DNA of 53,093 nt from Patescibacteria group bacterium (GCA_004322365.1 SCTS01000006.1:226756-279848), one strand, 5' to 3'; shown: positions 18,902-26,878, counted from the first letter of the stretch. Notes: generated by a model from the letters alone, not told the origin. Program-made: numbers and translations.

Positions 18902-18906
18902 TAAAT

Positions 18907-20115
18907 ATGTTCGACCTAAAAACAATAAACCTCGTCATCGATCAGCTCTCTGAAGAGCGTGGTATCCCTCGTGACAAAATGATAGAAGCAATCGAAGGTG
19001 CCGTCGCAACCGCATATAAGCGTGAGTACGGTAAACGCGACCAAATCGTTCGTGCGCATTTTGATATTTCAACGGGCGGAGTTGATTTCTACCAAGTAAA
19101 AATGGTTGTCGCGCCTGAAGAAGTGCGTATGGATGGCGACGAGTCTCCAGTGGAAGAAGGCGACGACCGCCCACACTACAATGAAGAGCGATTCCTTTTC
19201 CTTGAAGATGCTAAGAGAATTAAAAGAGATGTCGCTGTAGGTGATGAGCTCATATTCCCTCTAGAAAAGAAGACCGACTTCGGACGGATTGCCGCACAAA
19301 CAGCAAAGCAGGTCATTATGCAGAAAATCCGTGAAGCAGAACGAGCTTCAGTTGTTGAAGAATACGGTGGAAAAGAAGGCGATATCGTTCACGGTATCGT
19401 GCAACGCATTGAGCGTGGAAACCTCTATGTCGACTTGGGTCGTGCAACAGGCATCATGCCGTACCACGAACAAATCCCAGGAGAGCGTTACCGTGCGGGT
19501 GAACGCGTTCGCGCATATCTCTTCTCAGTTGAAGAGGGAGTACGCGGAGTATTCTTGCGTTTGTCCCGTGCGCATCCAAAATTCTTGGAAAAACTTTTTG
19601 AACTTGAAGTTCCTGAAATCGCAAGCGGTGCCGTCGTCATAAAAGCAATTGCCCGTGAAGCTGGCGGCCGCTCAAAGGTTGCGGTGCATGCAACAGATTC
19701 TCGTATCGACCCAGTAGGTGCACTTGTAGGTCAGCGAGGTGTTCGTGTTTCAACCGTCATGAGTGAACTTGGAGGTGAACGCATCGACATCATTGAGTGG
19801 TCAGAAGAAATAAAACAATTTATTGAAGATGCACTTTCCCCTGCTCAAATTCTTTCAATCGAACTCGATGAAGAAACACACCGCGCAGTTGCTGAAGTCT
19901 CTGAAGATCAGCAATCTCTTGCTATTGGTCGTGGTGGTCAAAATGTACGCCTCGCCGCAAAACTAACCGGTTGGTCAATCGATATCCGCCCAGTAGGAGG
20001 TGCCGTAGCTGCTGAAACTGATGAAAACGTAGCAAAGGCGGAGGAAGAAACTGAAACCAACGAAGAAAAATCTGATACTGTAGAAGAAGCCGGCGACGCA
20101 GAAGTCAAAAGCTAA
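18907..20115 (+). CDS. nusA: Transcription termination/antitermination factor NusA
   Basis: 402 aa. N-terminal domain, S1-like region (GDIVHGIVQRIERGNLYVDLG), two KH regions (GQRGVRV, GRGGQNVRLA) and an acidic tail. Confidence 0.94.
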   Translation: MFDLKTINLVIDQLSEERGIPRDKMIEAIEGAVATAYKREYGKRDQIVRAHFDISTGGVDFYQVKMVVAPEEVRMDGDESPVEEGDDRPHYNEERFLFLEDAKRIKRDVAVGDELIFPLEKKTDFGRIAAQTAKQVIMQKIREAERASVVEEYGGKEGDIVHGIVQRIERGNLYVDLGRATGIMPYHEQIPGERYRAGERVRAYLFSVEEGVRGVFLRLSRAHPKFLEKLFELEVPEIASGAVVIKAIAREAGGRSKVAVHATDSRIDPVGALVGQRGVRVSTVMSELGGERIDIIEWSEEIKQFIEDALSPAQILSIELDEETHRAVAEVSEDQQSLAIGRGGQNVRLAAKLTGWSIDIRPVGGAVAAETDENVAKAEEETETNEEKSDTVEEAGDAEVKS

Positions 20116-20145
20116 ACCCTTTACACTAACCCCTAAACGCTAACG
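20111..20145 (+). repeat. CTAAAC-type heptad leader repeat 5' of ppa, starting at the nusA stop codon
   Basis: GCTAAAC CCTTTAC ACTAACC CCTAAAC GCTAACG AAT ATG. Confidence 0.7.
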
Positions 20146-20148
20146 AAT

Positions 20149-20673
20149 ATGAATCTTTGGCACGACATAGACCCAGGAACCGCAGATGAGATAAATGTCA
20201 TCGTTGAAATACCGAAGGGCTCAAAAAACAAATACGAAATCGATAAAAAAACCGGGCTTATCGCTCTCGACCGTGTGATGCATTCCTCACAAGACTTCCC
20301 TTTTGATTACGGTTTTGTACCACAAACACTCTGGCACGATGGCGATGCACTCGATGTAATGTTGCTCACTACACACCCTCTTCTTTCAGGTATTTTAGTG
20401 CGCGCACGCCCTGTGGCAATCATGGGTATGATTGACGGTGGCGATAACGACAATAAAATTCTCGCCGTTCCGTGTGACGATGTGCGCTGGGACAATGTGA
20501 AAGACTTGAATGATGTGAATCCTCATACCATCAAGGAAATAGAGCACTTCTACTCAACCTATAAAAAAGTTCAAAATAAAGAAGTGACGGTAACTGGCTT
20601 CAAAGGGAAATCTGAGGCGGTAGAAGCATTTAATGAAGCTCAAAAGCTCTATCAAGAAAAATTTGCGAAATAG
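20149..20673 (+). CDS. ppa: Inorganic pyrophosphatase (family I)
   Basis: 174 aa. VIVEIPKGSKNKYEID, YGFVPQT and DGDALDV. Confidence 0.93.
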   Translation: MNLWHDIDPGTADEINVIVEIPKGSKNKYEIDKKTGLIALDRVMHSSQDFPFDYGFVPQTLWHDGDALDVMLLTTHPLLSGILVRARPVAIMGMIDGGDNDNKILAVPCDDVRWDNVKDLNDVNPHTIKEIEHFYSTYKKVQNKEVTVTGFKGKSEAVEAFNEAQKLYQEKFAK

Positions 20674-20677
20674 CCTC

Positions 20678-20715
20678 AAAATCCCCACTTTTCTTTCAAG
20701 AAAAGTGGGGATTTT
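20678..20715 (+). terminator. Intrinsic terminator
   Basis: AAAATCCCCACTTTTCTT-TC-AAGAAAAGTGGGGATTTT, an 18-bp stem. Confidence 0.8.
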
Positions 20716-20816
20716 GCTTTTTCACTTCCCAACACCAACAGAGCCCATATAATGTATAGAAACACCCAGATAGAGATTTGGATGGTTTCTTTTGTAAAAA
20801 ATAATAATCACACACT

Positions 20817-21635
20817 ATGAAACGCACATGGACATATAATGCACTCGCCCTTATTGCGGTAGTGCTTGTTGCTAGTTCTGCAACAATTGCATCAGCAGAA
20901 GAAACGGGCGGAAGGATGTTACCAAAAATACCTTCCGCAAAGGCATATTTGGATAATTTAGGAAACAACCAAAAAACAGATCCTCGAGCTGGCTACACTG
21001 ATCCAGTAAGACCAGGGCACCAACCAGATCGACCAACTGTAGTTGGAGGCAACGGATCCACAACAGTGGGGGTACCTCCTCGTCCAATGCCACCACGCGC
21101 TTCAACAACACCAATGCGTGATCGCATGGATGATAGAAATGACCGAATGGGTTCAACTACGCGCCCAGTAGTGCGCCCCGGGATTGCCTCAACAACTCGC
21201 CCAGGACATATGAGCACTACTACCCGCGAACGCAACGAGCAAAGAATCAAAGAGGAAATGAAACGCCTTGCTGAGAGACTCCTCGCTGTAATCCATCGAC
21301 TGGAGGAGCTCATTGTACGAATTGAATCGCGCGCAACAAAAATAGATCAGGCAGGTGGAAACACTACGGAGGCTCGAGCTGATATCGCGATTGCAAAAAC
21401 TGAAATCGCCTCAGCAAAGCAAGACCTATCAACCATACAAGCAGTGGCGGTAAGTATACTGAATGCGTCCAACATGGCAGCTGTTTCAGCAAGTCTCGCC
21501 CCTATCCGCACCACTACAGACAGTGCACAGATGCATATAAAGAAAGCGCGCGAAGCGATTGAAAGCGCAGTTAAGAAACTTGGTGTAGCAGCTCGTGCTA
21601 TCCGTCAGAACGCAACCACAACACCAAGAACATAA
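20817..21635 (+). CDS. Hypothetical secreted protein: signal peptide, Pro/Arg/Thr-rich region, then a long helical/coiled-coil domain
   Basis: 272 aa. N-terminal ALALIAVVLVASSATIASA. The C-terminal Ala/Ile-rich helical repeats resemble the extracytoplasmic part of the anti-sigma protein at 32606-33841. Confidence 0.6.
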   Translation: MKRTWTYNALALIAVVLVASSATIASAEETGGRMLPKIPSAKAYLDNLGNNQKTDPRAGYTDPVRPGHQPDRPTVVGGNGSTTVGVPPRPMPPRASTTPMRDRMDDRNDRMGSTTRPVVRPGIASTTRPGHMSTTTRERNEQRIKEEMKRLAERLLAVIHRLEELIVRIESRATKIDQAGGNTTEARADIAIAKTEIASAKQDLSTIQAVAVSILNASNMAAVSASLAPIRTTTDSAQMHIKKAREAIESAVKKLGVAARAIRQNATTTPRT

Positions 21636-21664
21636 ATTCTTTATTAGAAACTAAAATAAAAAAT

Positions 21665-22012
21665 ATGGACACAAACGAAACGACACAGACTCCTCATCCA
21701 ACCTCAACGCCACCAGCTGGAATACCGAAGAAAAGCGCTATGGCTGTTGGTCCAATTGCCGTCATCGTAATCATTGTTGGCATTCTCGCAGCAGGCGCTT
21801 GGTACTTCTTGAATCAGAACCTTGAGAAGCTATCGGCCAACGCACCAGCAGGGACGGTTGAGGAACTCCAAGCCTCTAACGATCCAGATGTGCAAGGTGC
21901 TTTGAGCCAAAGCTCATCGGACGAACTAGATAGCATTCAAGCTGATGTTTCTGCTACTGATTTTTCAGGTATTGAAAACTCTGCAGCGGCAATAAACGCA
22001 GGAGCGAATTAA
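21665..22012 (+). CDS. Hypothetical single-pass membrane protein
   Basis: 115 aa with one TM (VGPIAVIVIIVGILAAGAWYF). Followed by a terminator. Confidence 0.55.
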   Translation: MDTNETTQTPHPTSTPPAGIPKKSAMAVGPIAVIVIIVGILAAGAWYFLNQNLEKLSANAPAGTVEELQASNDPDVQGALSQSSSDELDSIQADVSATDFSGIENSAAAINAGAN

Positions 22013-22027
22013 TTTCCTGCCACTACC

Positions 22028-22062
22028 AAAAGCCCGCCCTCAAGCATTGAGGGCGGGCTTTT
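22028..22062 (+). terminator. Intrinsic terminator
   Basis: AAAAGCCCGCCCTCAA-GCA-TTGAGGGCGGGCTTTT. Confidence 0.85.
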
Positions 22063-22096
22063 GCTTTACCATGACGATGCGTTAGGATAGACACTT

Positions 22097-23164
22097 ATGC
22101 AAACAAAAAAAGACACCCGTCCAAACGCTGAAGTTTCGATTTCAGGCACAATTCCAAAAGACCTCGTCATACAGACGCAAGAAAGAACTCTCACAGCCAT
22201 TCACCGTGAAATAACTTTACCAGGGTTCCGCAAAGGCACAGCGCCAATTGAAAAAGTGCGCGAGCATGTTGGAGAAAAAGCTCTCTGGAGAGAGGCGGCG
22301 GAAGACGCACTGAAATCAAAAGTGGAAGAGCTACTAAAAGAGCATGCGGTTATGCCAATCATGCCCGTTGCCGCAACCTTAGGTGCTTCTGACATAGATA
22401 CTGATGTTCCATTTGAAATTGTTGCAATTGTTGCACCAAGCTGCTCAATTGAGAACTTCAAAGATGTTGCAAAAAAAGCATCTACCAAACTCCCTGCGCT
22501 CGATGAGGAAAAAGAACAAGAAGCTGCACTCCAGGCACTCCGCATGCAGGCACGACAAATGACGCAATCCACGGGAGACGCAACCACCATCCTCTCTGAC
22601 GACGAGGCAAAGAAGCTTGGTTTCGAAAACTCGCTCGCTGTTGAACACTTCCTCAAAGAAGAGTCGGTGCGTGCGGTGAAAGAGCGAGAACTCCAAAAGA
22701 AAAGAGGTGCTATAGCGGAAGCGCTGATTGAAAAGGCATCGTGTGCAATTCCTAAACTCATAATCGGTGAGGAAGCAGGGGCACTTTTGGAGGCAACGAA
22801 ACGCGATGTCGCAGCACAAGGTGTTCCCTTCAATGACTACCTAAAGCGCATTGGTAAAACTGAAGACACTATCCGTGCAGAACTCCAAGTGCCTGCAGAA
22901 AAGCGTGTCGCACTCGACCTTATCTTTGGTGAAATAGCCCGTGCAGAAAAAATAGAAGCTGACTCAAAAGATGAAGAACGACTTGCTCATGCACTCATTG
23001 AGCAAGGTGTAGAACACGACCGCGCGCACCAGTATGTCCGTGCAACCGTCATGCGTGAAAAAGTCTGGGAACTCCTCGGTGCTCGTTCAATTTCAAAAGA
23101 ACCAACCGAACTTATTGAAACCAACGAAGAAAAACCTGAAGATAAAGCTGCTGAAGTAACGTAG
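22097..23164 (+). CDS. tig: Trigger factor, short form lacking a recognisable PPIase domain
   Basis: 355 aa. Ribosome-binding signature LPGFRKGTAP in the N-domain, with C-domain-like helical sequence following directly. Sits immediately upstream of clpP. Confidence 0.8.
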   Translation: MQTKKDTRPNAEVSISGTIPKDLVIQTQERTLTAIHREITLPGFRKGTAPIEKVREHVGEKALWREAAEDALKSKVEELLKEHAVMPIMPVAATLGASDIDTDVPFEIVAIVAPSCSIENFKDVAKKASTKLPALDEEKEQEAALQALRMQARQMTQSTGDATTILSDDEAKKLGFENSLAVEHFLKEESVRAVKERELQKKRGAIAEALIEKASCAIPKLIIGEEAGALLEATKRDVAAQGVPFNDYLKRIGKTEDTIRAELQVPAEKRVALDLIFGEIARAEKIEADSKDEERLAHALIEQGVEHDRAHQYVRATVMREKVWELLGARSISKEPTELIETNEEKPEDKAAEVT

Positions 23165-23224
23165 TTCTTCCTCTCTTAATTGCATTTCTTGAATCAACCC
23201 TCCTCGGGAGGTATAGTGATTCCT

Positions 23225-23839
23225 ATGACGAACAAAAAAGTACAATCTCATTCGAACAGTGTCATTCCAATGGTTATTGAAAAGACCGCTCTCGGTGAGC
23301 GTGCGTATGACATCTATTCGCGTCTCCTTAAAGAGCGTATCGTTTTCTTGGGAGGTCCAATTGACGACTACACCGCTAACCTTGTGATTGCCCAACTTCT
23401 TTTCCTTGAAGCAGAGGATCCTAAAAAAGATGTATTCCTCTATATAAACTCTCCAGGTGGCTCAGTATCTGCAGGCTTGGCAATTCTCGACACCATGAAC
23501 TATGTGAAGCCTGACATCGCGACGGTCTGTGTTGGTATTGCAGCTTCAGCTGCTGCCGTCATTCTTTCGGCGGGTAAAAAAGGCAAGCGATTCACGCTTC
23601 CGAACTCAGAAGTGATGATTCATCAGGTTATGGGTGGAGTAGAAGGACAAGCAACAGACATCGCTATCGCCGCAAAGCACATCCTCCGCACTAAAGAGAA
23701 TCTCAATAAAATTCTCGCAAAGAATACTGGCAAAACCTTCGCACAAGTGGAAGCTGATGCTGAGCGTGACTATTGGATGACCTCCGACGAGGCCAAGAAA
23801 TACGGTATTATCGACGATATCTACAAGAGAGGATCCTAA
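23225..23839 (+). CDS. clpP: ATP-dependent Clp protease proteolytic subunit
   Basis: [51 protein letters not shown] lies 13 nt upstream of ATG 23225. Confidence 0.95.
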   Translation: MTNKKVQSHSNSVIPMVIEKTALGERAYDIYSRLLKERIVFLGGPIDDYTANLVIAQLLFLEAEDPKKDVFLYINSPGGSVSAGLAILDTMNYVKPDIATVCVGIAASAAAVILSAGKKGKRFTLPNSEVMIHQVMGGVEGQATDIAIAAKHILRTKENLNKILAKNTGKTFAQVEADAERDYWMTSDEAKKYGIIDDIYKRGS

Positions 23840-23840
23840 A

Positions 23841-23860
23841 TTAGCGTTTAGGGGATAACG
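23841..23860 (-). repeat. Reverse-orientation CTAAACGCTAA heptad element just 3' of the clpP stop
   Basis: TTAGCGTTTAGGGGATAACG. The 12-mer TTAGCGTTTAGG is identical to 39150-39161 and is the reverse complement of 20132-20143. Confidence 0.65.
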
Positions 23861-24081
23861 CAAGAAATTCTTTGCGCCCTACTCCATGCCCTGATACACT
23901 GAGAAAGTCCCTTTTATGATCAAATTTGAATAGTAGCGATAACGACCGATAATGCAAAAACAGAGCAGATACATGACGAACAGTGTTATTTTAGCCAGAA
24001 TTTTCAGTACTCTACCTAGAGACGTACACTTCGTTTAAGTTTGAACTATTTTTGTATACATCGGCACGCCGCGCGTGACCT

Positions 24082-25611
24082 ATGTCTACAACCACACTCC
24101 TCATTGTCCTCGCCCTCACGGGTCTTACTGGTATTGGTGCAGGGTATGCACTCCGCTGGCTCGTTGCCCTTGGGCAAAAGGGTTCAGTAGAACTTCAAAT
24201 CAAGCAACGACTGCTTGAAGCGAGAGAAGAAGCAAAAAGAATTATCTCCGAAGGAGAAAAAGAATCTGGCAAACTAGAAGCGGGTCTTCGTGATGAACTC
24301 CGTCTTAAAGAAGAGGCGGCGCTTCTTAAAGAAAAGCGTATTGCGGAAAAAGAAACATTCCTCGATAAACGACAGCTTGATATCGACAAAGAAGCTGAGC
24401 GTATCAAGGCGCAAATAGAAGAAGTGAAGCGCATTAAAGAGCGTGCTGACAAACTTATTCTTGACCGCGAGAAGTCTCTCCAAGATGTGGCAAGACTTAC
24501 CGAAGAAGAAGCTAAGGCCGAACTTTTTAGAGAGTTAGAAAAGAACCATGAGGAAGATATGATGGTTCGTGTTCAGAAACTCGAAATTGATGGGAAGGAA
24601 AGGCTCGATACGAAAGCCCGCGAAATACTCACCACTGCAATTCATCGCATGGGCAACTCAGTACACTCCGACGTACTCACCTCTTCGGTTCCTATTCCTT
24701 CAGACGATATCAAAGGAAAAATTATCGGCAGAGAAGGCAGAAACATTCGTGCGTTCGAAAGAGCGACGGGTGTTGATTTGATTGTTGACGATACACCAGG
24801 GGCTATTACCCTTTCATGCTTCGACCCAGTACGAAGAAACATCGCGCGCGTTGCTCTTGAGAACCTCATTATCGATGCCCGCATACAGCCAGCTCGTATT
24901 GAAGATGCTGTTGAAAAAGCGAAGGAAGAAATCGGCAAAGTAATGAAGGAAAAAGCTGAGCAAGCTGCCTATGAATGTGGTATTCACGGCCTTGATCCTC
25001 GCCTTATGTCTATTCTTGGCCGTTTGTACTTCCGCACCAGCTACGGACAAAATGTTCTTCAACACTCGATAGAGATGGCGCACATCGCGGGCGTATTGGC
25101 GACAGAACTAGGGCTCGACGTGAAGGTCGCAAAAGCAGGAGCGTTGCTTCATGACATTGGCAAAGCAGTGGACCATGCAGTCCAGGGCACGCACGTAGAA
25201 ATTGGCCGAAGAATTCTTGAAAAATTTGGCGTTGATAAGCGTGTCATTCAGGCAATGCAGGCACATCATGAGGAATATCCGTACGAAACTATGGAATCCC
25301 TTATTGTGCAGGTGGCAGATTCAATCTCAGGTGGTCGCCCAGGCGCACGCCGAGACTCTGTAGAAAACTACATTAAACGATTGCAGGAACTTGAAGCGAT
25401 TGCTACATCATTCGCTGGTGTTGAAAAGGCATATGCAATTCAGGCGGGTCGTGAAGTCCGAATCTTCGTAAAACCAGAAGAAATTTCTGACCTCCAAGCT
25501 CACGATTTGGCTCGAAACATCGCTATGCGCGTTGAAAATGAGATGCACTACCCTGGTGAAGTGAAAATCAATGTTATCCGGGAGACGCGAACAATAGAGT
25601 TTGCCCACTAA
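24082..25611 (+). CDS. rny: Ribonuclease Y
   Basis: 509 aa. N-terminal TM, Glu/Lys coiled coil, KH domain (GKIIGREGRNIRAFE) and HD domain (LLHDIGKA). Confidence 0.93.
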   Translation: MSTTTLLIVLALTGLTGIGAGYALRWLVALGQKGSVELQIKQRLLEAREEAKRIISEGEKESGKLEAGLRDELRLKEEAALLKEKRIAEKETFLDKRQLDIDKEAERIKAQIEEVKRIKERADKLILDREKSLQDVARLTEEEAKAELFRELEKNHEEDMMVRVQKLEIDGKERLDTKAREILTTAIHRMGNSVHSDVLTSSVPIPSDDIKGKIIGREGRNIRAFERATGVDLIVDDTPGAITLSCFDPVRRNIARVALENLIIDARIQPARIEDAVEKAKEEIGKVMKEKAEQAAYECGIHGLDPRLMSILGRLYFRTSYGQNVLQHSIEMAHIAGVLATELGLDVKVAKAGALLHDIGKAVDHAVQGTHVEIGRRILEKFGVDKRVIQAMQAHHEEYPYETMESLIVQVADSISGGRPGARRDSVENYIKRLQELEAIATSFAGVEKAYAIQAGREVRIFVKPEEISDLQAHDLARNIAMRVENEMHYPGEVKINVIRETRTIEFAH

Positions 25612-25628
25612 TATTGGAGCGAGAAACT

Positions 25629-25655
25629 AAAAAACGCCCCATTCGGGGCGTTTTT
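25629..25655. terminator. Bidirectional intrinsic terminator
   Basis: AAAAAACGCCCC-ATTC-GGGGCGTTTTT. Confidence 0.85.
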
Positions 25656-25681
25656 ATATTGTATATAAACAATGAAGCGTT

Positions 25682-25864
25682 TTATTTTTCCAACGCCTCA
25701 TCGAGAACCTCCTGAATTGTTCGAGGAAGTCTTCCTCTCCTCTTTCCTACTGGAGTAAGTTGTACGGATCGCTCAGGCATACCACCTGAATCATTCAAAT
25801 TGTCATCGAGAACATCCCTTAATACTCTCTGTGATAAATCTTTGTGTAGTATTCCCTCAGCCAT
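25682..25864 (-). CDS. Hypothetical 60-aa protein
   Basis: The ORF ends 27 nt before the bidirectional terminator. No family recognised. Confidence 0.35.
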   Translation of the reverse strand: MAEGILHKDLSQRVLRDVLDDNLNDSGGMPERSVQLTPVGKRRGRLPRTIQEVLDEALEK

Positions 25865-25914
25865 GGTGAGTACTATACATCTTTATTCAAAAACATCAAT
25901 ATACCTGCATGCTA

Positions 25915-25942
25915 TTGCATGAAAAAAGCCTATGTATATAAT
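25915..25942 (+). promoter_or_regulatory. Sigma-70-type promoter of hup
   Basis: TTGCAT, a 16-nt spacer, then TATAAT. Confidence 0.5.
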
Positions 25943-25993
25943 GTTTTAACGCCCTTTAGAAAATAATGGCGATTAGCCACTAGTTTATATTTC

Positions 25994-26266
25994 ATGAATA
26001 AAGCAGATCTCGCAGGAAAAGTTCACGATATGCTCGGCGGTACTAAGACACAGTCTGAGGCTGTTGTTGAAACCGTAGTTGATTCTATTATTGCTGCCCT
26101 TAAGAAAGGCGATGAAGTATCAATCGCAGGATTGGGTATCTTCTCAACAAAGATGCGTCCAGCTCGCACTGGCCGTAATCCTCGCACAGGCGAGAGCATC
26201 AAGGTTCCTTCTATGCGCGTACCAAAATTCCGCGCAGCAAAAGGCCTTAAAGATGCGGTGAAGTAA
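25994..26266 (+). CDS. hup: HU-family DNA-binding protein
   Basis: 90 aa. MNKADLAGKV...GLGIFSTKMRPARTGRNPRTGESIKVP. Confidence 0.93.
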   Translation: MNKADLAGKVHDMLGGTKTQSEAVVETVVDSIIAALKKGDEVSIAGLGIFSTKMRPARTGRNPRTGESIKVPSMRVPKFRAAKGLKDAVK

Positions 26267-26286
26267 CAACTTCTATCAATTCTTTT

Positions 26287-26312
26287 AAAAACCCGCCATA
26301 TGGCGGGTTTTT
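26287..26312. terminator. Intrinsic terminator (bidirectional)
   Basis: AAAAACCCGCCAT|ATGGCGGGTTTTT. Confidence 0.85.
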
Positions 26313-26315
26313 AAA

Positions 26316-26480
26316 TTAATGGGAGAGAATTTTTGGGATTGACGGGGTAATTTTCGCTTTCTTGCCGCGCCGACATGTACAAGGTGTCTGTCCCATATCA
26401 ATAAAACAGATGCCAGTATCGCGACACTTTTGGCAAGAATATTCTCTTCTGACAAATGCTGATTCTGTCGATGTCTTCAT
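26316..26480 (-). CDS. Possible 54-aa Cys-rich small protein
   Basis: MKTSTESAFVRREYSCQKCRDTGICFIDMGQTPCTCRRGKKAKITPSIPKILSH, with CxxC...C...CxC. Below the ORF-track threshold. Its stop abuts the terminator. Confidence 0.3.
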   Translation of the reverse strand: MKTSTESAFVRREYSCQKCRDTGICFIDMGQTPCTCRRGKKAKITPSIPKILSH

Positions 26481-26499
26481 ATCATGAGAAATGTTATAC

Positions 26500-26725
26500 C
26501 TACTGAAAAATTAAGCAAGTGAGAGTATCTTGCCCCAAGGGAATCGGGGTCAAGTTGCTAAGCTCAGACTTCGTCCGATGGACTCGTCTTTACTAAGCAC
26601 TTTCTCCCCGGGCTCGACCTTCAATCTTGAAGTCTGACTTCAAGATTGGCTTCGCGGTCTCCGCCTTTCGATTCCCTACGAAACATGCACTTGCATGCTT
26701 CTAATCCCTTCTTCGTTTCACTCAG
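26500..26725 (-). ncRNA. Candidate structured RNA: trailer element 3' of tRNA-Gly(UCC)
   Basis: Contains nested helices. These include a perfect 11-bp hairpin (26623-26647), a 6-bp hairpin (26684-26697), and a closing stem GGGAATCG/CGATTCCC (26669-26676 with 26539-46). It shares sequence boxes with the trailers of tRNA-Pro and tRNA-Arg. No credible ORF. Confidence 0.4.
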
Positions 26726-26796
26726 TGCGGGATAAGGGAATCGAACCCTTGCTATCAGTTTGGAAAACTGATGTTCTACCATTAAACTAATCCCGC
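26726..26796 (-). tRNA. tRNA-Gly (anticodon UCC), no encoded CCA
   Basis: GCGGGAT TA GTTT AATGGTA GAAC A TCAGT TTTCCAA ACTGA TAGC AAGGG TTCGATT CCCTT ATCCCGC A. All four arms pair. Confidence 0.9.
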
Positions 26797-26830
26797 GTAG
26801 AGCGTACTCTAGCAAAATATGTTCTGTTTT

Positions 26831-26872
26831 GAAAGCTGGGCACTAGTCCCTAACACCTTGAACCTGTATCCT
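26831..26872 (+). repeat. Heptad leader repeat 5' of the protease gene
   Basis: GAAAGCT GGGCACT AGTCCCT AACACCT TGAACCT GTATCCT, then ACTGAG ATG. Confidence 0.6.
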
Positions 26873-26878
26873 ACTGAG

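Noticed and set aside
25682-25864. Three unrelated ORFs begin with MAEG (start codons at 25864 on the minus strand, 32404 on the minus strand, and 48329 on the plus strand).
   Set aside because: There is no similarity beyond four residues and the contexts differ. It is most likely chance; I note it only in case a genome-wide N-terminal bias exists.
26621-26815. ORFs overlapping tRNA genes and their trailers: 26621-26815, 36033-36284, 36255-36443, 37110-37346 and 37227-37562.
   Set aside because: They read through tRNA cloverleaf sequence, with translations containing tRNA-derived strings such as SGIEPES and GFEPPT. The region is better explained by tRNAs plus structured non-coding sequence.
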